NCBI GenBank assembly: GCA_048213135.1
Contig: PS015034.1
Coordinates: 74,054-138,053, forward strand
DNA: 64,000 nt
From: Reclinomonas americana ATCC 50394
Lineage: Eukaryota
Reading direction: 5' to 3'
Part shown: piece by piece, positions 1 to 11,600 of the stretch
Numbering within the stretch: position 1 is the first letter of the stretch
Layout: each line of letters begins with the position of its first letter
Program-made: the position numbers and the translations under genes
The notes under the pieces: generated by a model
Told to the model about the DNA's origin: nothing
Databases searched by the model: none
What the model saw: only the letters and a program-made list of their open reading frames with translations

Positions 1-16
1 CTCCTCTGCTCTCTGA

Positions 17-560
17 ATGCACCCTGGTGGAAACATGCAATGCACTTGTCTTCTTAAGAAGGATCGCTTCTTTCTCGCTCACTGCATGCCTAAGCACTTG
101 CGTGTCTTCACTATCGTGCACTTATCATCGTCTCACCACTCACGCACAGTACGCACAGTGCCCTTCTCCACTCACAAAGCACCACATGGTGAGCAACCCA
201 ACTTGCAATGCACTTGTCTTCCCAATCGCTTCTCACTGCATTGCGTTTCTTCACTATCGTGCACTTGTCGTCTCACCACTCACAGTGCCCTTCTCCACTC
301 ACAATGCACCACATGGTGAGCAACCCAACTTGCAATACACTTGTTTCTCAAGAAGGATCGATAACTTTCTCGCTCACTCCACGCCTTGAGCACTTGTGAT
401 TCTTCGCTCCTAACACCCACTAACCCAACATGCAATGCACTTGTCGTCTCTTCTCCACTCACAACCAACTTGCAATGCACATGACTTCCCAATCACTCTC
501 GCGTTTTCTTCTCTCCAAACCCAACTCGCACTGCACAGTCTTCCCACTATCTTGCACTTC
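17..560. repeat. Degenerate tandem repeat (roughly 115-140 nt units; core CCCAACTTGCAATGCACTTGTC), probably intronic
   Basis: TGCAATGCACTTGTC-like cores recur at ~36, ~204, ~331, ~431 and ~471. The block ~110-230 is nearly repeated at ~250-345. Confidence 0.8.
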
Positions 561-584
561 TCCTCTCGCCACACAAAACGCAAG

Positions 585-749
585 ACAACTCACGAGAATT
601 GCTCAGCGTCCACGGATCCGCCGCCCCCGGCTCCACCGACACCGGATTCAATGCCTGAATCACACTCATCGCCTGCGCTTTCGGCACCGATGCGCGATAC
701 ACATCCTCCAACAGCCGTTTGTGTCGCCGAACAGGCCGACAACAGCTAA
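585..749 (+). CDS. Possible terminal exon (Pro/Ser-rich) of a gene that starts upstream of the window
   Basis: Open frame TTHENCSASTDPPPPAPPTPDSMP...QADNS* follows an AG acceptor. No recognisable homology. Confidence 0.3.
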   Translation, partial: TTHENCSASTDPPPPAPPTPDSMPESHSSPALSAPMRDTHPPTAVCVAEQADNS

Positions 750-1086
750 CAAAGAATGAGAGAGAGAGAGAGAGTGAGCTGGACATGTCGCTTTCCGCGC
801 GCGCTCTTCATCGTCTCTTTGTGATGCGCTCGTGTGCATGGAGAGAGAGAGAGAGAGAGAGAGAGACTCACACGCGCACACACACAATGCACGACAACTT
901 CGCGACACGTTGCAATGCATGAATAGCTTTCGTTCGGGTTGCCACACACACACACACACGCACACACACGTCTCACACACACACACAAGGCACGCACCTG
1001 TTCCCCATTCCCTGCACCAGCGATTCCTATCAGCAACAGAGGGACACAACCCGCGCAGGACCTGCTCTGCATCTCTTTTTCTCAGA

Positions 1087-1489
1087 ATGAGTTCGCGAAG
1101 TCGTGTGTTGACGCTCTACCGCGGCATTCTTCGCGTTTCGTTGCCACCTTCATTTACTACGGTGTCGCCTATATGCATGGAGGGGGAAGAGGCTCACTGT
1201 GAATGGCGCAGGAGGCACGTGGAATGCCGACGGAGAATCGACGGGCGTTTGTGGTGGCCAAGGCGCGACGAGAGTTCCGCGCAGCACAGCGAGAGACGTG
1301 CCCGCGCAGTGCGTTTGTGTGTATGTATGTGTGTGTGTGGTCGTGCATCAGCTGATTGCATGATTGTCAGAGATCGAGGAGTGCATTCGCTTGGCAGAGA
1401 CGCAGCTGGAGACGGTGCAGGTGCAGGCGAAGCACTTGACGACGACGTTTGCAGCGTTTCCGCACTTGAATGGTGTTCCGAGGAGATAA
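1087..1489 (+). CDS. LYR-motif (Complex I LYR family) small mitochondrial protein, 87 aa, 3 exons (1087-1134, 1212-1308, 1371-1489)
   Basis: Spliced product MSSRSRVLTLYRGILREARGMPTENRRAFVVAKARREFRAAQRETCPRKIEECIRLAETQLETV...PRR* has the LYR motif and the downstream R-x-x-F motif. GT-AG joins are in frame. Confidence 0.85.
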
Positions 1490-1504
1490 AAAAACGAACG
1501 GGTT

Positions 1505-2623
1505 TTATAAGCAGCAGCGAGTCACGACAACTTGCGCCTCTTCGACGATGAAGCAGCGTAGTACGGTCTCCACCAGGCAGCGCTGTTCGTCAACCGACTG
1601 CATCTCCTGTGTGGCGAGCGTGGCGAGTCGTGCGCAGTGCAGTTCGTGGCGGGCGAGGGCGAGCGGTGAGGACCACACGCGTACGGAGCTGTCGTAGCTG
1701 CCGCTGACGATGCGGTGCGCGTCGTGAGTGATGGCGAGCGACGACACGCGCGACGTGTGCCCCTCGAACCGCCGCACCTCTTCTCCCGTCGCCAGCGACC
1801 ACAGCCGCACCGTATCGTCCAGGCTGCCGCTGACCGCGAACTGGCCACTGGCGCAGACGGCGACACACGTCACCTTGTGAGTGTGTCCCTCCAGTCGTTG
1901 CACCTCCTCGCCACTTGCCAGCGACAGAACGCGCACCACTGTGGTCTCCCCTCCAGTCACCACGTGCAGGTCATCGGGGGTGATGGCCACAGCAAACACT
2001 CGACAGAACAGGCTCTCGTTGCGACAGAGTTCCTCCCCACTTGTCAGCGACCACACCCGCACCGTTCCATCCCAACTCCCGCTCACCACGTGCCGGTTGT
2101 CGCGAGTGACAGCGACCGACGACACCGCTGCCATGTGACCTCGCAGCCACCGCACCAACTCGCCCGTCTCCATGGAACATATGCGCACCGCGCTATCCCA
2201 GCTGCCCGTCACAATGTGCTGGCCATCGGCAGTGACCGTGACAGCTCCCACCCAATCACTGTGGCCCTTGAATCGACGCACCTCTTCCCCGCTTGCCAGT
2301 GACCACAGACGCACCGATCCGCAGTTGTCGCTGCTCACAACGTGCTGCCCGTCGGGAGTGACGCACACGCAGCTGACGGTATCCTCGTGCCCTGCGATGC
2401 TCTGCACCTGCTCTCCACTCGTGACCGACCACACTCGGAGAGACCTGCTCTGGAATCCGCCACTAGCACTGATAATGTGCTGGCCGTCGGGAGTGAGGGC
2501 GACGGAGTTCACCGTCTCGCCGACTGGCAGCCGCCTGCAGTGGTACTCGGTGGAGGCAGTGATCATCGCGGAGAAGAGAAGGCGGAGGGATGAAGTTGGT
2601 AGAGGACGCCCTTCACACTGCAT
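1505..2623 (-). CDS. Intronless WD40-repeat protein (~7 blades); start may be the ATG near 2566
   Basis: Continuous ORF with repeated GH...V..VAVTPDG.HVVSGS.D.TVRVWSL.SGEEV units. Confidence 0.9.
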   Translation of the reverse strand: MQCEGRPLPTSSLRLLFSAMITASTEYHCRRLPVGETVNSVALTPDGQHIISASGGFQSRSLRVWSVTSGEQVQSIAGHEDTVSCVCVTPDGQHVVSSDNCGSVRLWSLASGEEVRRFKGHSDWVGAVTVTADGQHIVTGSWDSAVRICSMETGELVRWLRGHMAAVSSVAVTRDNRHVVSGSWDGTVRVWSLTSGEELCRNESLFCRVFAVAITPDDLHVVTGGETTVVRVLSLASGEEVQRLEGHTHKVTCVAVCASGQFAVSGSLDDTVRLWSLATGEEVRRFEGHTSRVSSLAITHDAHRIVSGSYDSSVRVWSSPLALARHELHCARLATLATQEMQSVDEQRCLVETVLRCFIVEEAQVVVTRCCL

Positions 2624-2628
2624 TGTCT

Positions 2629-5600
2629 TTAATAAAAGTCTCCACCACCACCGCCACCACCACCACTGCCACTACTGCTATTACTGCTGCTAATGGTGGT
2701 CATGTTGGTTCGCGACGACTGCCGATAGTGCTGCTGTTGCAACACGGACGGCGTCTGCCGGTGGTGTTCTTGGTACGAGGCCGTCGACGACGATGCACGT
2801 CGCGATTCACTGGCCACCGTGCGATGGGCGCCCGTCGCACCCAGCTCACGCAACTTGTGCTTCAGCTTGTGAACCTTGCGTTGCAGGGCCACTTTCTCGT
2901 CGGCGATCTCACTCGCCACCTTGCGGTACTCTGCAAACGGGAACCGCGCGATGAGAATCACTCGATGCCGACGTGCAGCAGCCTCCGTTGTACAAACCAG
3001 ACGTGAGCCCCTCAAAGTGCGCCAGCTGCAACCGCAGTTCCACCATGGTCTCCTGCGCAGCAACACGATCAGCATCTCCATTTCCTCCNNNNNNNNNNNN
3101 NNNNNNNNNNNNNNNNNNNNNNNNNNNNNNNNNNNNNNNNNNNNNNNNNNNNNNNNNNNNNNNNNNNNNNNNNNNNNNNNNNNNNNNNNNNNNNNNNNNN
3201 NNNNNNNNNNNNNNNNNNNNNNNNNNNNNNNNNNNNNNNNNNNNNNNNNNNNNNNNNNNNNNNNNNNNNNNNNNNNNNNNNNNNNNNNNNNNNNNNNNNN
3301 NNNNNNNNNNNNNNNNNNNNNNNNNNNNNNNNNNNNNNNNNNNNNNNNNNNNNNNNNNNNNNNNNNNNNNNNNNNNNNNNNNNNNNNNNNNNNNNNNNNN
3401 NNNNNNNNNNNNNNNNNNNNNNNNNNNNNNNNNNNNNNNNNNNNNNNNNNNNNNNNNNNNNNNNNNNNNNNNNNNNNNNNNNNNNNNNNNNNNNNNNNNN
3501 NNNNNNNNNNNNNNNNNNNNNNNNNNNNACCTCACACACGTGCCTACGCGTAGCGTGATGCTCTGGAGGCGGAACGCACCCAAACAGCATCGCTGCGAGC
3601 GCGCCTGGTGCAAATCCAGAGTGAACACGAGCGCACTCTCACGCAACTGCGCGAGGAACTGACGGTCACGCATCAGCGACAGTTGCAGTCGCTGCGTGCC
3701 GACATTGACCGCCAACTGGCCGCCCAACGTTCCGTTCACGAGCGTGAGGTCGGCGATCTGGAGGCGCGGCATCGCGCCACACTGGAGGCGCTCGATACAT
3801 CTGAAACGCGACTGGCCACCGCTCGTCGCGCGGAAGCCGAGCGCCTGGCCACGATGCAGTCGGAGCACTCGCGGGAGCTGAGTCAGCTGCAGAGTTCCAT
3901 GACCGAGCGCCTCGATGCGGAGCGTCGGCGCGCCGATGCCGAAGTGGAGGAGCGCGTGCACTCGATGCGAGCGTCGCAAGTGGCTGAACTAAATGCGGCC
4001 GAGTCGCGCCTGCGAGTGGAGCGTGAGCGGCAGCAGAGTCATGTCGAGGGCGAAGTGGAGAGGCGAGTGGAGGCTGTGCGGCAGGCCCACGTGCAGGAGT
4101 TGGCTGGTGAGTTCGGTGGGAGGTTGCATCGGCACAAGAGTGATTGTCTGACGCACGCACTGATTCTTTCTTGTTCTGTCTCTCGCAGCACTGCGCCAGA
4201 CGCTGCAGACGGAGCTGTCGCGTGTGGTATCCGAGGCGGACAGTCGAGTGCAATCCCTGCGCGAAATTCACCGCCAGGAGATGGTGTCGCGCATGGAAGA
4301 AGTGCGCAGTTCGTACGTCGAGGAGATTCGTCGCGTGCGTGAGACGGAGAGTGGCTCTCCGTCGCAGCTCCGCCGGTTGCAGTCGGCACTGGAGGAGCGG
4401 CAGCGGGAGGTGGAGCGACAGGCCGCGATGATGACTGAGATGGAGCGGCGATACCAGGCGGAGAAGCGGCAGTGGGAACTCGAAAGTCGGCGACAAGTGG
4501 CCGAGGTTTAGTGGAACGCACCGGGGAATGGGATTGTGAGATAGACGACTCACGCGTACAAAAATCTGCAGCTTCGCGAGAGCCACCGCCGCGACTCGCA
4601 GCTGGCGACGGAGCGCTTAGAGATGGCGCACGCCACGCAGATGCAGCACCTGGAGCGTCAACTTGCTGAGCAGGAGAATGAGCTGCGTGTGCGCATGGAG
4701 GCGGTGGCGCAGTCGCACAGTGAGCATCTGCGACGCGTGCGCGATGAGGCGACACTGGAGTACGAGAGGCAGCTGCAGGAGTTTAGACGCGTGCGATTCG
4801 CGGAGCGGCAGGAGGTTTTGTTGGTGGCCACTGTTGTTGTTAAACCGTGGCGCTGACGCGGGTGGTGCAGGAGTTTGAAGAGAACGACGAGGCCAGTGAC
4901 TCGGATGTCGATGCGGAGCATGAACGTGTGCATCTCGATCAAGTGCTGCGAACACTGCAGGAGCTGGAGCCGCGATTGACGAGGGTGAGATGCACGAGAA
5001 NNNNNNNNNNNNNNNNNNNNGCACGCGCCTCACGCAGGCTCTGCAAGACTGCTGCTCACCTCGGCACCGATCTGCGACTCACGCAAGCGTGCCAGCTCGC
5101 GCGTGTGAGTCGACTGCAACGCCTCCAACTCCTCGCTGTGCTGACGCGCAAGTGCATCCAACTGTGCGTGCGACGCGCATGAGTTGTATGCAATCTTGGA
5201 AGCGTGAGGGCACTTGCACTCACCGACTCCTGCAACCGTGTGTCGAACTGCTGCTGCAGGCGTGAAATCTGCGAAACGAATCGTGCGCGCGAATGAGCAC
5301 GCACGATCACACAACAGCAAAAGCGTGAGCGCTTGGTCACCTCGGCGGCATGCGATCGACGCAAAGTCTCCACCTCCTCGCGCCGGGCGGCAGCCTCGCG
5401 AGACACCTGCCAAGCGCATGCAAGTGAGTGGATGCATGCCCCGCGAAGACACAGACATTTGCAAGCACGAACCGCTGCACGCAGGTCCTCACTGGCCTTG
5501 GCACGCACGCCCTGCAGTGTCTCCTCGAACGACTGGCGCAGCGACTGGCTCTGGTTGTGCAACGCCGACTCGTGTCGCTGCTCAAGTGACTGCAGCTGGG

Positions 5601-8600
5601 GCATTCAAAACCACGCACGGTGAGAGACGAGACTCATTTCCTTGCACCCGGGGACATCATACCTCACGCGCATGCAACTCATGAGCTTGCGCCAGAGTAG
5701 AGGCGCGCTGTTCGAGCTGCAAATTCACGAGAAGATAAGTATGGGAAGACGGTTAAAACACGAATCCAATTATCTCCGCAACCTCTTGCACGCGAGAAGC
5801 ACGGCCGTGCAACTCGGTAATGTTGCGCTCGCTCTCCGATAGTCGCTGCTGCAGCTCGGTGACTGCCGACGATCGGCTCTGTTCAGCGTGCTGCGCTTCG
5901 GCGAGCTCCTCCCGCAGACGTGCAACCTCGCGCTCCTTGATCGTCACGCTCATCTGCGCCGCGTCCAAATCGGCGCGCAGCTTCCTGCACGTGGTCTCCA
6001 GTGCTTCCACTGCGCATCCACGTAAGAAGCCTCCAAGGGTGCAACCCAGATACATGCGTAAACAAACTCACCTTCATCTTGCAATCGGGTGACCTGTTCA
6101 GCACTGGTGCTGCGTGCGGCTCGTGCACGCGCCACCTCTTCTGCGCGGCTGGCGCTGGCCTCCTCTGCAGTCGCCACCTCCTGCCGCAGCTTTGCCACCG
6201 TCGTCTGCAGCATGTCGACTGCATCGCGCGGGGTGCAATATGAGCACACGCTACAGCACGAGTCTCTCACATGATCATTGTGCTTACCTTGCGACTGCAA
6301 GCGCACCACCTCGCGTTGTCGACTCTCGGCCTGTTCCGAGTTGTGAATGGACTCGGTGCGTTGCGTGCCCAGTGCGCTCTCCAGCGACGTCACTGCGTAT
6401 GAAGAAGCGTGAACACGCAGCAACAGCTGACGAAGGGATTCTGCAAGCAAGTATCGGCACCCACCTTGCGATGACAGGCTGTTGTTCTGGCTCTGCAGTC
6501 GATCGACCTGTGAAATGAGCTGCTGCAGCTGCTGGCTCGTCTCATCGAGTTCGGCGCGCAGCTGCGAGCTACGCTGCGTCTGCACTCGGAGCTCCTGTCG
6601 CAGTTGCTCGACCAGCTGAATGCGTTGCACGGCTTCGCGCTCCTCGTTCTCCAGATCGACCATCGAACCGGACAGGCGACGCGGCGGGCTTCCACTCACG
6701 GAGCGCGACGGAGCCGGGGAAGCGGCAGCGCTGGACGGCGAGAGATTGCTCGGGCGACCGTGTCGCAAGTTGTCCAGATGCTCCCGCAGCTTGTGCTGCA
6801 GGCGACGGTACTTGTTGCGCCACATCTCCACCATCTCGGTCAGTGCTCGCTGTTGCGTCTCCAACATGGCCGTGCGGTTGCCGCCTGCACTGGCAGCTGC
6901 GCGGCAGTGAGAGGGGGAACGATGATTGCAATAAGGGAGAGAATGCATGAATGGCACACACCAGCGTCACCGGTTGTGTGCTCCGCCGACTCCTCCCACG
7001 CCAGCTCTGTCAGCGCAGCCAGCGAGGCGCGCAGCGTGTCCACTTGGTGAGCCAACAAGGCACTTTGGCTGATAATCTCCGCATGCAGAGCAGATGCAGA
7101 CGGCTGTCGGGGTGCGGCGGCCGTTGGCGACGAGGATGCCGGTCGCTGCGAATCACCACAGATCAGTGTGTGCGCGAAAATACAAAACAAGCACGACGAG
7201 CGGAAATGGACCACCTTCAGCAGCAACTCTGCCGAACAAGCAAGCTCGCCACGGAACACGTCGAGCATCCTGGTTAAAGAGCAAGAATCAGCGGCGCTCG
7301 TTCAGGAGCAAAAGCAGCACGCCCTCCTCCCCAAGGAACTGACCCCTCTATCTCCTCGTTCTGCTCAGCCAGCGAGCCCAACTCCCGCTGGTAGGACGCC
7401 TCGGCGGCACGCACTTGGCGCAACAGGTCCTGCATTTCGGAATGGAGCTGCTGCTCGGTGCGCTCACGATACTCCATCACCACCGAGTACATCCGGCGCA
7501 GCTCCTCTGCGTCGCGCAGTGAGACACACACGGACAGACACGACACCAAAAACACAACAACGGGGTCTGCGCACCCGGCGACTTGCCGAGGGTCTCGGGG
7601 CGAATGTCGACGCCATCGATATCCGACAGCACCTCCGAGGTGGCCACGCTACTGCCATTGTCACCGTCGTCGACGGTGCTCGAAGCAGCCGACATGTTCT
7701 GCACCGAGGCCGCACCCGAGTGTCGTGCATATGTCAGTGGCGTACGCACTCCCGACGCATCAAACACACGTTGACTTATGCCAATCAGCGAGAATGCAGC
7801 GGCTGCACACGTGCACAAGTGTGTGAGCGATTGAACGAGACAGGGACACGACTGCGTGATCACACACCATCACGCTCCGCAGGCGACGGCGATCCCGTCA
7901 CAATCGCCATTGGCGACAACGAGTGCATGAGGAACGGTGAGGCATCGACAGGATTGCTGGCACCGCTGGCGCCCGGTCCACCGTGGACACGGCGAGTCGA
8001 TGCCAGTGATGGTGCTACTCCGGTTGGCTGGCGCGTGGCCGACGAGGGCGACACATTCATGCTGTAGTTGCCGCCTGCGAATGCACGCCGTGAGAGCAAT
8101 GCAGATAATGAGGGAAAACAATCACCAGCACGCACCCTGCGAATCGGCGGCTGCCGTTGGTGAAAATGCGCCTGCCGGCGACTTGTGCTGCTGAGTCGGC
8201 GATGCGTGCGCAGTCGAGCCACCAGACTGTCGTATAGGAGAGTGAGGAGCGCCACCACCATCATCAATACCACGAAAATGCTCGACTCACCGACGCCGCA
8301 GCAGTGGAGAACAGCGTACGCGGTGGCGTGTTCTGCGGAGGCGACGAGAGACTTGCACGTCGCTCAGCAGCCAATCGCTTCTTCTTGGCGGATTCTGTGC
8401 GCAGGTGCTGCAACTCCTCCTCGGCCACCGCCAACTGTGATCGCCGTCGCTCCACCACCGTGCTCAGATGCTCAATGGCCGACATGAGCTGCTGCACTTC
8501 GGTTCCGGAACTCGAGTTGAGCATCGAGGTGACATTCGACGGCGACTGTGACAACACGGAGCCTGACGGCGAACCATTCTGCACACGCAGTTCCGCGCGT

Positions 8601-11600
8601 GATCAGCAGAGGCACATCATGCAAGCAGCGCGCCCGGACTCACCGACAACTCGGCTGTCTGTGTGGCAGTCGTTGACACCAAAGCTGGCGTCGTGGGAGC
8701 CGCAGTGGAGGGTGTAGGAGACGCGGTGCTGACTGCAGACACTGGCAGCATGTGACGGAAGTGCGCCATGAGCTGTTCCAGGTACTGCACGTCCTCGTCT
8801 GCGCGACCAACAAGGAAACACACACGCCAGTGAGCCATAAATCACCAACTTCAGGAGTCGACACGCTTAGAGACCATGTGTGGAGAGCGCACTGGCCAGC
8901 TGCAGGCGGAGATGTGCGACCTCCTTGTCGAGGTACTTGATCTGCGTCTCTCGTTCCTCCAAGCATCGCGACCAATCTTCCGAATTCACCTGCAAAGCGC
9001 GCTGCTCGTGCACGGTCTCCAGCACGCGACTCAGAGTGGCCTCCTCACTGCACACGCGCGCACAAAAAATGTGGCAAATGAGTCAGTGCCGTTGTCACCT
9101 CGTCCATNNNNNNNNNNNNNNNNNNNNNNNNNNNNNNNNNNNNNNNNNNNNNNNNNNNNNNNNNNNNNNNNNNNNNNNNNNNNNNNNNNNNNNNNNNNNN
9201 NNNNNNNNNNNNNNNNNNNNNNNNNNNNNNNNNNNNNNNNNNNNNNNNNNNNNNNNNNNNNNNNNNNNNNNNNNNNNNNNNNNNNNNNNNNNNNNNNNNN
9301 NNNNNNNNNNNNNNNNNNNNNNNNNNNNNNNNNNNNNNNNNNNNNNNNNNNNNNNNNNNNNNNNNNNNNNNNNNNNNNNNNNNNNNNNNNNNNNNNNNNN
9401 NNNNNNNNNNNNNNNNNNNNNNNNNNNNNNNNNNNNNNNNNNNNNNNNNNNNNNNNNNNNNNNNNNNNNNNNNNNNNNNNNNNNNNNNNNNNNNNNNNNN
9501 NNNNNNNNNNNNNNNNNNNNNNNNNNNNNNNNNNNNNNNNNNNNNNNNNNNNNNNNNNNNNNNNNNNNNNNNNNNNNNNNNNNNNNNNNNNNNNNNNNNN
9601 NNNNNNNNNNNNNNNNNNNNNNNNNNNNNNNNNNNNNNNNNNNNNNNNNNNNNNNNNNNNNNNNNNNNNNNNNNNNNNNNNNNNNNNNNNNNNNNNNNNN
9701 NNNNNNNNNNNNNNNNNNNNNNNNNNNNNNNNNNNNNNNNNNNNNNNNNNNNNNNNNNNNNNNNNNNNNNNNNNNNNNNNNNNNNNNNNNNNNNNNNNNN
9801 NNNNNNNNNNNNNNNNNNNNNNNNNNNNNNNNNNNNNNNNNNNNNNNNNNNNNNNNNNNNNNNNNNNNNNNNNNNNNNNNNNNNNNNNNNNNNNNNNNNN
9901 NNNNNNNNNNNNNNNNNNNNNNNNNNNNNNNNNNNNNNNNNNNNNNNNNNNNNNNNNNNNNNNNNNNNNNNNNNNNNNNNNNNNNNNNNNACATGCAATC
10001 AACAAACCGATGCATGTCGTCCAGCACGCCACGCAGTTCAACAACGTCCACCGTACCGTGCGTCTCCAGTCGACTGAGCACCGCAAACACACGCTCGCGG
10101 AACAGTGACCGCTGTACGTGAAAGCACATTCACCAAGGTGAGAAATTAAAACAACCATTCGCGAAACTCTGAAGAACACCAGCGCAGATCACCAAATCGC
10201 GATACTCTTGCTGACAGTTGGTGAACTCGGCCTGCAGTTGGCGGATCTTCCACGTGACACCACGCATGCGGTCTTCGTACATCTGCAGGAGAGGGGGATC
10301 AGGGCTACAGAGAAGACACGATAAGGAAAGAGACGAAATAAAACGCAACAGACACCACACACTCGACGGTTTGCGTCTGGTGGCTCGTCTCCTCNNNNNN
10401 NNNNNNNNNNNNNNNNNNNNNNNNNNNNNNNNNNNNNNNNNNNNNNNNNNNNNNNNNNNNNNNNNNNNNNNNNNNNNNNNNNNNNNNNNNNNNNNNNNNN
10501 NNNNGCGCAGTCGCTCGTGTAGCCGGAGCGCCTGCACACCAGTCAGATCAAACTACACCAGTCCTCATACAACGTCGACGTCACCTCTCGGCGATACAAG
10601 TCGGCCGCAATGCTCAAAATCTCCGGGTTGCGACCCTCGAGTGCGGCCTCCATGTGCTCACGCAGATCGTGAGCGCGCAAATCCTCCAGTCGCCGAATGA
10701 GTTCGCATCGATCTGCCAGCGCCCGATCCTTGGTAGCGACGGCTTGTCGGAGTCCGGAAATCTCCTGCTCGCGTGCTTGCAACTCGGCGCGCAAGAAGTG
10801 AGCCTCGCGAGCTGCCTCGGAGGGCTGTGGCGCACACCAGCCGTGTGTGAGTGAGAGAGAGAGAGAAGAATGTCAATCCCTTCGCGCAACTTCGGCAGTC
10901 GGTGGCGATGGCGTGCGTGCAGTGGTGGCCGACGCACTGGCCAACTGCGCACTGCGGGAACAGCAAGAAGAACTATGTGAGACGGGAGGAAGACAGCACT
11001 GCTGCAGTGCTGGCTGACTAACCGAACAGACTCCAGTTCCTGGTGCACCTGCTGCAACTCTCGTTGCGAATTGTTGAGCTGTGGCGATGTCAGCAGCAAG
11101 AGAGACAAGCGGATGATGCAGCAGCACCTCGTACCTCGGCGCGCAGTGTCTCTGCCTCCATACGCCTGCGTCATGCACCACACATGAGTCAAACACGAGT
11201 GCAAATGCGTCGCTGACGGCATCACGACGACTCACTCTGTGCGCAACGCCTCAATGGTCTGCACGTCGGAGCGATGCACGCTCTCCAGCCGCGTCACCTC
11301 GCGCCGCGTTGCGTCCAGCTCGGTCAAGATCGCGGCCGACGCCTTGGCCGTGTCGCGGTCGGTCTGCTGTCGACCGGCATTGCTTCGCGCGTCCTCCAAA
11401 TCGCGCTGCAGGCGCGTGGCAGCATCGGTTGCGTCACGTGCTTGTCTTTGCAGCGCGGCAATAATCGACTCCTGATCACGAATCCGTTCATCGCGGCTCG
11501 TCAGATCTGACGTCTCGCACAGCAGCAAGTTGGCGCCATCCAAGTCGTCCTGTGCGTCGCAGTCGATGAGAATCAAAGAGAGAAAGCAAGAGAACACGTT

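Noticed and set aside
3529-5000. Apparent antisense gene nested within the coiled-coil gene
   Set aside because: Bounded by gaps on both sides and begins and ends within introns. A mis-oriented contig is the simpler explanation.
8876-10179. Long ORFs in the track that run through N gaps
   Set aside because: Their length comes from X residues and is not evidence of coding sequence.
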